Of a stretch of 64,000 nt of DNA, positions 12,005 through 25,329 are shown in pieces. A model generated the notes under the pieces. It saw only the letters and a program-made list of their open reading frames with translations, did no database searches and was not told the origin of the DNA. Each line of letters opens with the position of its first letter. The first letter of the stretch is position 1. The stretch covers positions 496,001 through 560,000 of the forward strand of contig JBEUKZ010000131.1 of assembly GCA_048128005.1 (NCBI GenBank), given 5' to 3'. The DNA comes from Veleropilina oligotropha (lineage: Eukaryota). The position numbers and the translations under genes were made by a program.

Positions 12005-12404
12005 TCATAATCACGTAAGTACCGGTGAGCTGGTGCCATTCGCTTACAAGGCTGCCATAATCACGTAAGTACCGACGAGCTGGTGCCATTCGCTTACAAG
12101 GCTGTCATAATCACGTAAGTACCGGTGAGCTGGTGCCATTCGCTTACAAGGCTGTCATAATCACATAAGTACCGGTGAGCTGGTGCCATTTGCTTACAAG
12201 GCTGTCATAATCACGTAAGTACCGACGAGCTGGTGCCATTCGCTTACAAGGCTGTCATAATCACGTAAGTACCGGTGAGCTGGTGCCATTCGCTTACAAG
12301 GCTGTCATAATCACGTAAGTACCGGTGAGCTGGTGCCATTTGCTTACAAGGCTGTCATAATCACGTAAGTACCGACGAGCTGGTGCCATTCGCTTACAAG
12401 GCTG
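12005..12404. repeat. Tandem array, 50-bp unit x8
   Basis: Unit tcataatcacgtaagtaccg(gt/ac)gagctggtgccatt(c/t)gcttacaaggctg with exact 50-bp period. Confidence 0.97.
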
Positions 12405-14169
12405 CCCCTGTGGTGTAAACTCTGCTTCAAATTCACTCATCGATTGGGCTGGATTTGAAGGTGTGGGTTCGAATTCTCGGTACGGAGACTTTGAAGAGAT
12501 ACCAGTCGCAGTTGTTGATAACTGGCTGGTGGGTGAGTTTCACCATAAAATCCACTTTCTTTCAATTTTTTACACCGTTTAAAATCATTCAAAAAAGTAA
12601 AAGACACATCGTCTTGGCTGCTAATGGTAAACAATGACTAATTAATAAGAATAGTCAGTTGAATCGACCACAGCACAATCAATGGCGGTTTAGTTTGGAT
12701 CGTTGATTATGCCCTGTTCTTAACTACCCTACTGCGAGCCGATGACTGAAATAATGTCAAAAACAACCTGTCAGGTTTATACCAGTGCATGTCAAATTGA
12801 CAATATTATTGTGGGAGAAAAGCCTGGTTCTCCAACTAGTCATGAACAATTGTGACAGAACAGTAATGCCAGTGAGTATGGACTCAAAACCACTCGACTA
12901 TGGGAGCGGCCGCACAATCAGTGAACACGAGTTAGGAAAGTACTTTATGGTGGCGCTTGACCAATATAGCAGCAGAGATTATCCTGTTTGCGAGTTTTGT
13001 TGCAGTAATGCTACCCACCCAAAATACTGCCACGTCGATGGTGCAGAAATATCGGAGTACATTACACATGAGGATGGATTGATGCTAAAATGATGTGTAT
13101 ATTTACAACGATCAGGTTCAAGGCAGGACAAGGACACCTGTGATTGATAACTGAACTGTGTTATGCCCCTGACATGCAGAGCTCATGCTTTTTGCCCATG
13201 CAGGAAACCACTTGTGAATTGTTGTATTGCACTATTGGTTAAAGCTAATTACAAGCATCATTTTTCTGAACTCGCGAGGCCTCTCCACACCAATGCCGAG
13301 CCGTCACGTAAGCAGCGCAGTGCTGAACAGCGCATCACTGCGTTAATTTATAACCCACATTTGAGCAGCGCAATGGTGTAGCATGAACTTAGACAGGCAT
13401 GAGGGTATCAGTAAATACTTTGTTTTAGCCATCTGACGACCAGCTGAATACAGGAAAGGAATCGATCGATGCCTAAAGTTCTGTATATTTCCCACCATTA
13501 AGTTGAAAGCAGGACATGCCCATATTATCGCGGAAGGAAACCTACCCTATCCGACCAGTTACGGACATGAATACAGGAGAACCCCTATACACATGTAAAA
13601 TACATGCAGAACTTTGTTGACTCTACTACAGCATATATACATACATGTATATGTACCGGTATATATATATATATATACAATTTATGGAAAATCTCATCTA
13701 TTTACTGATGGATTCCGAAAAAGAATTCACTGTACTTGTGCATGTGTATATGAGAAGAAAATGGTGTCGATCACAATGACGTGTACAAAGGGATATTCTA
13801 CACAATATTCTGCTGAGAAGAAGATATGGAGAGAACTATCATCTCGTTAAAGAGCTACAACATGACAACAAACAGCTGCCATGCGTTCAAGATAGACTCG
13901 TCCAGCAAAACGTTTTTCAAAAGCGCTTATAAACGCTCTTTGGTGTCGAAAACGTTTTCCAAAATGGCCAACTTGATTTACTGATCAACGAATGTGCTAA
14001 TTATAATGATAACACTTTTACGCCTGCCAATCCATCAATTATCTCAATAGTGAACTTCCATGCTATTAGAGCTGGTCCGTGTTTATCACTACGGGACACA
14101 CCAATCCTTGTCGAAGGCTATGTATAGGTTAGATGGCGGATTGGAGAGTCTTAGCAAAATAGGATTCTC

Positions 14170-15205
14170 CTATATTAGTATCGGGTAAAGATGTGTCTGT
14201 AATTGAACGTACACTTACCTGTGAGTTGAAGTCCATCTGCGAATGGCTTGTAGACAACAAACTTTCTATTCATCTTGGAAAAACATAATCCATTTTGTTT
14301 GCTTCCAAGCGTAAATTGTCCAAATGTAATAAACTAACAGTAATGTGTGATGGTAATGAATTAGAATCAAAGAATAATGTAACATATTTAGGACTTGCTC
14401 TGGACCAATCTCTATCTGGCGATATTGTAGCCAATAAAGTAGTAACTAAAAGTGCGAACAAGCTCAAATTTCTGTACCGAAATGCCAGACACTTCAACTT
14501 AACAACTAAAAAACTGCTAGTTTCTGCTTTGATTCAATGTCATTACGATTACGCTTGCTCCTCATGGTATAGTGGCCTGACCAAAAAATCTAAGTCTCGC
14601 TTGCAAGTTGCTCAAAACAAGGTGGTCAGGTTCCTAGCAAACACTGAACCTAGGACGCATGTAGGACCTGTACAGTGCATAAATGTAGGCCTGTTACCAG
14701 TTGATACTCGTGTTCAGCAGCTTAAGTTAAATCACATGTTTCAAATTAAGAATGGGTCCGCGCCCGAGTATCTGAAAGGTCAATTTGAACTATCTACTGC
14801 TTGTGTCACCAGAAACAATGTATCTTCATTTGTAATACCGGGTGTAAATACCTTTGGAATTTCATCTTTCAATTATACTGGTGTGAAATTGTGGAATAGT
14901 CTGCCTGTAATCATCAAACAACTGAATTCGAAATATGAGTTTAAAAAGTCGGTAAAACAACACCTAAGGGCACAAATCTTAGCCAGCAGTCAAAACCCTT
15001 TTGTATTTTATTAATCATGCTAATTGTCTAAATTATTGTCTCTTGTCTCTGTATGAGGACCATAATGGAAATAAGTGCCCGACTAGGGCTCTTTCTTATG
15101 TTATCCTCGGCAATATTTTTAATATGTATTTATTTTTTATGTATTTTTATATATCAATATGTATATACATTTATATTGCCAAATAAAAATCAATCAATCA
15201 ATCAA
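14170..15205 (+). mobile_element. 5'-truncated CR1/L2-group LINE (RT C-terminal region plus 3' UTR, (ATCA)n tail)
   Basis: EWLVDNKLSIHLGKT followed by a premature stop; ORF 14295-15014 (TYLGLALDQSLS...ALIQCHYDYACSSW...GVKLWNSLP); tail aataaaaatcaatcaatcaatcaa. Confidence 0.9.
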
Positions 15206-16859
15206 CCTATCATTAGAAACTTTAAATTAAACTTTTTTCTTCTTAATTGACATATTATTTTGATTAAGACGGATTAATAGTTTGTGACTCCCAAATGCAT
15301 CCAATGTTGTCACAATAGATTTGACATTGTCATTTATTCACAGTCGGTCTTTCGTCCGCCCTCTTGGTCACGCGGCGTGCTACCTCGGAAGGTTGCTCGC
15401 CGTTTGCAAAACGTTTTTATGAAAACGCTCTCCTAATTGAACGACAAGACGCAAAACATTTTGTTTCGACAAAACATTTTGGATCCTGAACGCACGACAG
15501 TGTTCAAAGGTCAATTCGATGAGACCCTTGCCCTTGTTGGTCCTACCATATGACATCATCAAAATGGGATTCCCTGGGGCAGCAAAATTAGTTTGTTTCT
15601 CTCTCCGAAAATGTTGCTGCTCCCTCCTACTTTAATTAAGGTTGATTATCATAAAACAACATGTCATTGAGTGACTTTTTAGATTCTCACACGCTTTTCT
15701 GCTTAAGGGCTGCGTTAGTAGTGTGTGAGGCCCTTAGTCATAATTCTTGTCGAAAATGGCTCACAGAAGATTATATGAAGATGACAGGTGGTGAATAATA
15801 ATCGGCAAGATTAATGAAATCCTCGCTGGGACACTGATTATTCATTCTCACAAATATTGGAAAACAAGAAACTGAAAGCTGTCGGCCTGAACTGCCTTTT
15901 TTGTCGCTGGATTGGTTCGATGTCCTGTACAGCCTTCAGGTTCACACCAGGCCATGTTCATATTATCGCGAGAGGAACGCCCGGTCACCTGGGAAAACTT
16001 TCCCTCTTGAGGACAACTGTGATTGATAACTGAATAAATAATTCCATTGCGGCAATGCCCCTACTGAGAATCGAATCCACTCATGTTAGTCAGAGCTATG
16101 AAGCCAGTGATTTCAGAGTCTGCACGGTAACCAAAGGGACCAGTTATAATCATGGTGTAATGTTTTACTCATCCAGATGTGACAATATCAATAGTACCAT
16201 TATGACTTGTCCATATTGCTGCGGGATGAAAGCCTTTTCAACTGGGAACAACCACCAGCACCGATCACTGCGCCACATTATGGACAACTATGACTGTTAT
16301 CTGCATAAATGCTGATCAAATGATCCGAAATCACTCGTGTGAATCAGCCGAGTGATTGGACAACATTATGTTGAGGGGAATGTCCGAGCAACTCTCCATT
16401 CCTTAAAAAGAATGAAGATTAGGCCCTGAAAGGGCCGACGCACATTCTTTTAAGGAATTGGAGAGTTGCGAAGACGTTCCGCAACTTAAAACACGGCCAA
16501 AAACCCATAATGCGCCGCCCTTTCAAGATACAATAGGTTGTTAACAATGACGAGAAGAGTAATTGGTTCCGTGTCAATTGCACCTTCACGGATAATTCAT
16601 GTAAAATCTGACCTGAAATGAATGATTTGCATGGGTTGTACAATCACAGTGGTCATTTGACCACTAATATTGAAGATATCTGTATCTTATTAACATAATT
16701 TTAGCACGTTTTATTCAGTTGAAGCACAGTCAGCGTTGCGTTTGGATGCGAAAATGTCGCTCATGGATTCACTATTAGGCCTTCGAACAGGAGTGTAAAA
16801 GCGATACGCAGGAGTTTTCAATGCGTGGAACAAGTTATTGTAAGAGTCCGATGAAAATA

Positions 16860-17285
16860 TACAAATTATGCGTAAAGATGTCATTTCTGCTGGATTTTAA
16901 CAATCTGGATTTACTTTACGGTTCTGTTTGCAACAAGTGTTTAGTTTACGACATTTCAAAGGATACCTATAAAATGTGCGTTATCGTAATTAATTTCGAA
17001 CAAAGATGTCATTTCGGCTGGATATCATCTATTTGGATTTACTTTACGGCATGGTATTTCAACCCTCCGTTGGCAATAAGTGTTTAATTTACGATGATGC
17101 AAAGGATACCTGTAAAATGTGCGTTATCGTAATTAATTTCTAAAAAAGATGTCATTTCATCCTCTGTTGGCAACAAAACAAGTGATTACGACGATACTAC
17201 GGAAATATATAAAATGTGCGTTATCATAAATGTTTTGACCATGTCATTTCAGTTAGATGTAAACTTTCTGGATTTACTGCACGGA
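16860..17285. repeat. Degenerate tandem repeat, about 3-4 copies of 100-145 bp
   Basis: Recurring aaaatgtgcgttatc...gatgtcatttc...ctggatttact motifs. Confidence 0.6.
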
Positions 17286-17299
17286 ATTGATGTCTGATG

Positions 17300-19800
17300 G
17301 CGAGCTATAGTGAAATAAGTGTCCCTGTGTATGCAATAAGTGATCATTATCCTGTTTGTGCAACAAGGGCCTCCCAGTTGCCTACAAAGAAGTCCAGTCA
17401 TACTGAAATTGAATATAGGAATTTTTAAAACTTTAATGAAAATGCTTTCCTGTTTGATCTAGCAGCAGAATCTTTTCATGAAATTGAAAATGAAATAGAC
17501 TGCAATATTTCTATTCAAAAATGGTATTGTCTTTTCAATCAAGTTTTAGATCACCATGCTCAAACTAAAAAGAAGCATGTAAAACAGCAATTCAAACCCA
17601 GGTAGCTTACTTCTGACATCAATGATGCCAGACGCCTACGAGATAAATTTCATAAGAAAAGAGACTGGGAAAAGTACAAGCAGTGGCGAAATAAAGTGAC
17701 TAATTTGATTCATAATGCAAAACAAAAGTACTATCAGCAAGCTATACAAGAAAATAAACACTCGGGAGATATTTGGAAACACTTAAACTCACGCAAATCC
17801 ACCACCCACACAACTACATTTTGAAAATGTTACTTCTAATTCAATGCAGGAAACCATCAACATATATTATAATATAATCAATCCTTTAATGAACTTTCTG
17901 AGAGACTGTCGTTACACCCTGAAATGAACTTTCTGAGAGACTGTCGTTACACCCTGAAAGTCTTTCGCCTCTAAAATTACACAATGCTTCTGAAAGTGAC
18001 ATATATACAACTTTGATCTCTTTAAACAGTAGGAAAGCAACAGGCGCTGACAACATTGGGCCAAAATTATAAAAACTCAGTGCAGCAGTTATTACTAAAA
18101 CTATAACTCACATTATAAATCTAAGTATTACTAGTAATAAATTTCCCGACTTGTTCAAATGTGCAAAAGTTACGCCAATCTTTAAAAGTGGTACAAGGGA
18201 TGACCCTGCAAATTACAGGCCAATATCTGTGTTACCATGGAACCTTGTCTAAAATAATTGAAAGACATGTTGCTAAGCTGATTTATAGCTATCTCAATGA
18301 AAATGATCTTCTTCATTATAAGGAACGGTCAGCCTTCTGAAAATTTCATTCTTGTCAAACAGCACTAACTAAATTAACAGATTATTGGTTAAAAGAAATG
18401 GATGCTGGAAATTTAACTGGCGTAGTTTACCTTGACTTCAGAAAAGCCTTTGATTTAGTGGATCATAATATCCTTATTACCAAATTAAAATCATATAACT
18501 TTGATGGAAATACTACAGATTGGCTTAGTTCCTATCTTAACCAAAGAACACAGTATGTTTGCTTAGGCAGCAAAAAATCTATTCCTACTCAGATTAAAGT
18601 AGGAGTTCCTAAAGGTTCTATTTTAGGCCCTCTTTTGTTTTGTTATTTATTAATGATATACCACTAAACGCTGAAAAAATTAATATTGATCTGTTTGCAG
18701 ATGACAGTCCTCTTCATTCTTCAGGGCCATCTTTAACCCATATAGAATGAAATTTAAATGATGATCTTATAAATATTGAAAAATGGTGTAAAAATAACAT
18801 GCTTTTAAATGTAACCAAAACAAAATGCATGTTGATATCTACTGTTAAAAAATTATCTCATATGGAAAGTAAAGAGTTGAATTTATATGCAAATAGTACA
18901 ATTATTGAAAAGGGTTCAAGCCATAAACTTCCTGGAATTCATGTTGATAAATTTTTAAATTGGGATACTCTGGTTAATACAATAAGCAAAATTTTAACGT
19001 CTAAAATATCACTCTTATCCAGATTCAAGAAGTATCTACCAGTAAATGTAAGAATTCTTTATTTTAATGGGTATATTCTACCAGTATTGGATTACTGCCT
19101 GACTGTTTGGGGAAATTTTTCCAAGCAAAATTTGTCAAGACTTCTGAAGCTTCAAAAAAGAGCTGCTCGGATCATTTTGGACAAACCATTTGATGCTCCA
19201 TCAGGGAGACTGTTTAAGGAACTTCAATGGCTAAAAATAGACCAACTCATTGCTTATAAAAATGCAATACTAGTATATAAATCTTTAAATGGAATGACCC
19301 CACCATACTTGCAGAACATATTTCATATCAAATCAGAATATTCATTAAGATCAGTTGAAAATGGCACTCTTTTAATACCCAAATTTTCTAAACAACTTTA
19401 TTGGAAAAGCTTTCAAATTTCAGGAGCATCTATATGGAACAGTTTGCCCAAAGTTATTAGATCAGCATGTAGTCTTGCTACTTTTAAAAACAGTTGCTTT
19501 AATTATATGTTAAATGCTGAGTGACTGATTTAATAACAATGAAGGTACACAAATTGCCCAAGTATACAGCACTATTAAATTAACCTGTCTTGTTTTAATT
19601 TTAGTGCATGTTATATTGTGTATAAGGGGAGCTGTGCTTCATTATTTGACTTTTAAATATACCTAAATAGCCGTTATACATGTGATTTCCTTGTACAATG
19701 TATATATTATTATCTCAATAGAGGCCTCAGGGAAGAATAGACTAGTATTATACTAATTGAATTACCTTCTACAAATAAAGTATTATTATTATTATTATAA
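17300..19800 (+). mobile_element. Decayed CR1/L2/Crack-group LINE ORF2 (APE end plus RT) with (TAT)n tail
   Basis: APE motif ISDHYPV at about 17335; KATGADNIG, NYRPISVLP, YLDFRKAFDLVDH, GVPKGSILGPLLF, LFADD; stops and frameshifts; tail aataaagtattattattattatt; internal 35-bp duplication at 17890-17959. Confidence 0.92.
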
Positions 19801-20227
19801 TACGTCTCCTTTGTTAAGAAACAATAGGGTCACACCCTATTGTTCATTTAACAAAGGAAAGCTATTCAATATAGCGCGCCATTCCCGAAAAATAATGGAG
19901 CGTTTAAACAAAGACAAACATGTCGGCTGTGTTTTAAGAAGTAAGAAACGCTATGCCATTAGGCAAAAATTATGATATATATATCAGTATATCTGGAGAA
20001 GAGAGCTGCGTGCTGCCAAGAACCGTCCAACTCCACGTGAGGAAAACGAGATGTAACTCCGGATTGTGAGTGAGTGAGTGATATCAGTACACCGATGGGG
20101 CTCATATTTATGGGCAATTTCATGTCTGTTAAAAGAGCAGCTATCTATTATTTTCATTCAGAAACTTAGAACAGTAAGCAGGGTTAGAAGTTCAGAATAT
20201 ACCCTACTGATCCAGGCAGACATGTTG

Positions 20228-21233
20228 AACTAGAGATCAAGCCCAACAAGTTTATGAAAGTAAGTAAATCTGGGCGCAACCGGTAGTCACTGTCTAGAAA
20301 GCAAATCGCAATCAAATTTCTGATCTCTGTTTTCTCACAGGTCATGTGACTTTTGACCGATTGACCCGAAGTGCAATCCCAAGCATACTTTCTTCATAGG
20401 CAACCTGCCTGCAAAATATGAGCATGATCGATAAATATAAGTGGTAGTTATCATCCGGAACGCAAATCGCAATTAAAATTCTAAATAATTCTATTTTAGC
20501 AACAGGTCATGTGACCTTTGAGCGATTGACCTCAATGGCAATCTCAAGCATCCTATCCTCATAGGCAACCTGCCTGCTAAATATGAGCACGGTCGGTAAT
20601 TATGAACGATAGTTATCGTCCGGAAAGAAAGGAAAGGATCGATGTTTAATGTCCTGTATATTTCCAATCATCATTTGGTTCAAACCAGGACAATGTCACA
20701 TGTCCGTATTATCGCCCTCTTCGACCAGTCACGGACAACCGTGATTGATAATTTAACAAATGTGTGATGCCTCAGCCGGGGGTCGAACCAATTACTGTTC
20801 ACGTCAGCGAAATCAAGTCAGTGATTTTTGGAATCCACAACTGTACCACTGTACTGTCGAAGTGGCCAGTTTTCATCCTGAAAGCAAATCGCAAACAATA
20901 TTGTGGAAAATTCTATTTTTAGCAACATGTCATGTGACCTTTGAGCGATTGTTCTCAAATGCAATCCGAAGCATGCTGTCCTCATGAGCGAAGCTGTGTG
21001 CCAAATATGGGCATGACCACCCAATATGAAGAGTAGTTATTGTTCGGAAACCCAAGTTCTATTTATAGTCACAGATCACATGACCTTTAGCGACCTCTCC
21101 TCATAAGCAACGCATGTACCAAATATGAGCATAATCGCTGAAATGAAACTGTAGTTATTGTCCGGAAACCAAAGTGTGACTGACAGCTCAAAAACAATAT
21201 GTCTCCCCACAGTGTACGGGAGACAATAATAAA
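20228..21233 (-). mobile_element. HINE-like element (minus strand) with ~155-bp internal repeats and a nested SINE at about 20628-20868
   Basis: AACTAG at the left end; right end with tgtctcccc...gggagaca palindrome and a (TGAC) tract; repeated gtcatgtgacctttga...atatgagca...tagttat...ccggaa units. Confidence 0.65.
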
Positions 21234-21418
21234 CTGTAAATCTAGAGACTGTTGTCAGTGTCATGAATATGTTATTGTCACTCATTTTCGAACAGGGTCG
21301 TGAATCGGTGATGATATATTTTGAAATATCTCATAAAATGTAACATATTTTACGTGACTGTTACTATATCACATGAAGAACAAACAATTGTGCCCCAAAT
21401 GTAATGGTACAGTTGTAC

Positions 21419-21972
21419 AACTAGCGAATCCTTGACCCCACAAGTCAAGGGGGTGTATCCACTCCCTGTAACGGCAGTCAATCTTAAATCCAAAACAATG
21501 AAAATGGTGAAAATCGATAGGTGTCATGTCCTCGTCACACCAAACGTGGATATCAAATTTGATAAGAACTGTTCACTATAGAGCGCATACAAGAAATCTC
21601 TTCTGATAAAATGGCCACAACGGCAGCCATCTGGAATGATGAAAATCATTAGGCGGCATGTCCTCATCATAACTAACATGCATACCCCATTTGAATCAAA
21701 TCGGATTAAAATTTTTCGCACAAAAACGCTCACAAGAAATCTCCTCAAACAAAATGGCTGCCACGGCATCCATCTTGAATCCGAAAACAACGAAAATCAT
21801 TAGACGGTGTGTTCTCATCATAGCTAATGCGCATGCCGAATTTGAATTAAATTGGATTAAAACTTTTCACTGTAGAGCGCACATAAGAAATCTCTGCAGC
21901 GGCTGAACGATGACTAAATCATATAATAGTTATTAATACTATCGTAGACTATTGTCGTCCGGGGATACAAAT
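21419..21972 (-). mobile_element. HINE-like element (minus strand)
   Basis: AACTAG terminus, hairpin ccttgac-cccacaa-gtcaagg, subterminal IR tgtatcc/ggataca, about 3 internal repeats of ~135 bp (gaaaatcatta...catgtcctcatcata...caagaaatctc). Confidence 0.65.
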
Positions 21973-23103
21973 AGAATAGTATAGAGCTTTGACTACATGA
22001 CCAACTTCTATTAAATCGAAATTAGTAAAATTAATATAATGGTAATGTTCAATATACTTTACAGGAATAGCTGAAATAACAAATCAACAGCCAAACTCAG
22101 GTGATGTACTGTTAGATATGGTGTTAAAAACAGGACCCAATGGTTGTGAAGCCGATACGATCAGAGGAGTGTGGCTCCCAATTCACTCAACCCGACTGCT
22201 CTGATTCACAACTTTGACAAGAGTGGGTTCGAACCCTCAACTGGGCACTGGTGCGGGAATCAATTCTGCATCCTACCATCCTACTTAAAGATTTTTGGAT
22301 GCTCAATCAGTTGAGCAGTAGGGGCCATGTATGACACAGGTATAGTCCTGTCAGTCAGTCGACTGTTGAATTTACACAACTTCTAATATTATGCATTACA
22401 GAGGCAACAATCAGCAGGCTTGAATAATTAAAACTGAAACATAACTAAGATATCAGGCTATGAAGATGAGGAAAATTGCACCAGTAGTGAGTACACTTAT
22501 TTAAATTAATTCTTCAGAAAGAAATGATAGTCTGAATATTGTATCATTCACATTTTTATTGTCACTAGATACATGCAATTACTACATTTATAGTTACAGC
22601 ATGACGAAGAATATACTATTATTTATAAATTATACACACTACAAACTTCAATCTGTTAACTTATGTACAATCAGGAAGGAGTCCCTGAGGCATGCATATC
22701 TTGCATACAAATATATAATCATCAAAAGTTTAAACTGCACAAACGTGGATTGTTAGAAAAATAATCGGATGGATAACTTGTTCAAATTGCTCTTTAACAA
22801 CAATGCAATCATTCTTTCACACATAAATCTGGTCAATAAACTCCATAAAAGTTGAATTGAAGATAAAATTATGAAATGGCATTCAAAGGGGAAGTCTGTG
22901 GCAAACCTCTGGATCAAACCCAGCCCGTGTGGCTTTTAAACTTTCTACGTGTACTTACTCCACATCAGCTAAAACATGGCGGAAATCACTAGTATATTCA
23001 TGCAATACTCTAGTATAAATGATAACATTGATAAGTGGTCATTTATATCAGTTATTGCATGAATTCCTTCATATTTTCAATATTACAATTATAACAAGAC
23101 ATA

Positions 23104-23581
23104 GGCCCGCTTTCCATGTACACACGCCGTTTCCACGATGCGGGTTTTCACTGGCGATTTCAGTGTGATTTTCGTTCCAGATAGCAGGAATACATTAGCT
23201 AGATTTTAACATAATAGGCATATGTCAAGTCAAGAATAGTTCCAAATATTATATGCGTATCAAAAATTAATTTATACAATGGACGGTAATGATTCATTTG
23301 ACTCCGTCTGAATTTTGTTGGCTCTAGTTAATACTACGAACATTATAGATAAAAATATAGACATTTACCTTGATTTTAACTAATTAAATATTTGCAGCAC
23401 GTTTTTATGGTGAATTTATTGATATATTTAGACAAAATCGCGAATACTGACAACACGTGCGAGAAAAAGTCGAAAATTGAGCAACTTTATTTTCAGCGCG
23501 CGTGTAGCAGAAATGCGTACATGGAAATGGTCCTTCATAAAAATCCAATATCGATAAAATCGCGCACATGGAAAGCGGGCC
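23104..23581. mobile_element. MITE with 16-bp TIRs (GGCCCGCTTTCCATGT), PIF/Harbinger-like termini
   Basis: Left ggcccgctttccatgt and right acatggaaagcgggcc are exact reverse complements; TA-containing flanks; no coding capacity. Confidence 0.7.
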
Positions 23582-24053
23582 CTAGTCATCGATACCCCCC
23601 CCCCCCCCCCGCAAGTCAAACGGACGCAGACGGAACTTGTCCCGATAACTTTGTTGTTGCTGGGGATAATGATACATGATGAGCGACCAAGTTGTTCGAG
23701 CGACAGACTAAATATTGTATTTCTGTTGAAGAAGAGCTCATGGAAATTCTCCACTATTATAATTTAAATTAATCGCTTGAAAATCATTTCACATTCACAC
23801 AGAAAATATTACCTTAGAGACCAGTTGTCTTAGACCTTGAAAACTAGAATGCTTGGTCACTCCCCGGCAAATCCAAGATGGTGACTAAGCATTACTCAAC
23901 ATGTCACATTACTTTCAGCATACTTACACAGGAAGTTCATGCTACAGTGAGGACCAGTAATATGACAATTTACAGTCATACAGGAAGCTGCCTAAATATC
24001 TTCAGAAACAGGTAATCAGTCGATATTCATACACATAATGACACTTTTCTTTA

Positions 24054-25119
24054 TCAATCACTCCCATCTTTTGCTTTCCTCAGCTTGGCCTCGAGTCTAT
24101 GGCGATTTTTGTTCTTGCTTTTCTTGTGCCGGATGCCGCCTTTGAGTATTTTTCCTGAGTGACTGGCTGTATGGTTGCTGTTGGGCAGGATTTGACCGTT
24201 TGTTGAGTTGCAGGAACTTGTCGGTGTGTTGGCACCATTCCGGTTGTTCTGAGAGTCGCTGGGGCTCGGTGGTTCCGCCCGTAATTTGTCTACTTGGTCA
24301 GCGGTTCCATTCACAGCAACCGCTGACGTCACCGAAGATTTAGAAAATAAGCGATCAGCATCCTTGAATTTTCGATTACGTTTGTCCGCTTTGCTGTTTG
24401 TATTTTTAGTGTTGGTCAGATATCTGTCCCAGCCCCGAATGATATTGCCGTAGAGCTGTGTGTCTTCTAAGTAACTGCCTTCAAATGCAAATATTTGCCG
24501 TTCCAGATTTGCAAGTGTGTCAGCGATCTCAGCTCGGCGACGCACCAGATCTGTCAACTCAGTTCTCGTATCCGGAACCTGTTAAAAAGATAGTTACTTC
24601 ACTTAAATAAACTGCCTATGTGATAAGAACAGAAAATGCATCTACTGGTCAAATAATAAAACCTCAATTTGGATACTAGTTAAGTTTGACAGAACCTAAA
24701 GGCTAAGGTAGACAATAAATTAATATATATATACAATGCTCTACTTGGTGCATATAACTGATATGTACTAAAATTTAGTGGATTCGATACATATTGAATT
24801 CTTATGACAACTTTGCTTTAAATAATGGCCACACAATTAATGGGCTAACCAAGTTATTATCAAATTTTTCATTTTACTAATACTAAACAACCGACTGAAT
24901 AATAAACCATAACATAGATGAGTTATCTCCCTTTATTTATCAATTGAACAAAATCTTAGTTTCATGGAATAAAATCACCGATTACATATGATATCTTCGC
25001 CTAAGGAATGTGGTGCTTATTCATTATATGATCGAAAATATATCCATCGTACATTCATTTCGGCGCATTCACGGAGAAATGTGAATTTTTCTTACCTGTG
25101 GAGCGCGCTGAGTCGCCAT
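24054..25119 (-). CDS. MEAF6: Chromatin modification-related protein MEAF6/Eaf6 (NuA4/HBO1/MOZ acetyltransferase complex subunit); exons 25119-25096 and 24578-24054; 182 aa
   Basis: ATG GCG ACT CAG CGC GCT CCA CAG|gtaag ... tttttaacag|GTT gives [62 protein letters not shown]...[20 protein letters not shown], the Eaf6 signature. Confidence 0.95.
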
Positions 25120-25329
25120 TTTTATATTTTCCGAGCACATAACAAATATGGATCTGAACCGGACACTTTTGGTTGAACAGCGGCAGGGATGAGTTGAACG
25201 GAAACGAACGTTAGATAACGCTACCTAACGCAATGGTTTATTATTCAGTCGGTTGTTCAGTATTAGTAAAATGAAAAATTTGATAATAACTTGGTTAGCC
25301 CATTAATTGTGTGGCCATTATTTAAAGCA
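24814..25329. repeat. 97-bp inverted repeat pair (24814-24910 / 25233-25329) enclosing MEAF6 exon 1
   Basis: Base-by-base comparison gives 96/97 reverse-complement identity; 322-bp spacer. Confidence 0.95.

Noticed and set aside
12440..12500. GGTTCGAATTC B-box suggesting a tRNA gene (also GGTTCGAACCC at about 22226)
   Set aside because: No cloverleaf can be formed; more consistent with decayed SINE heads.
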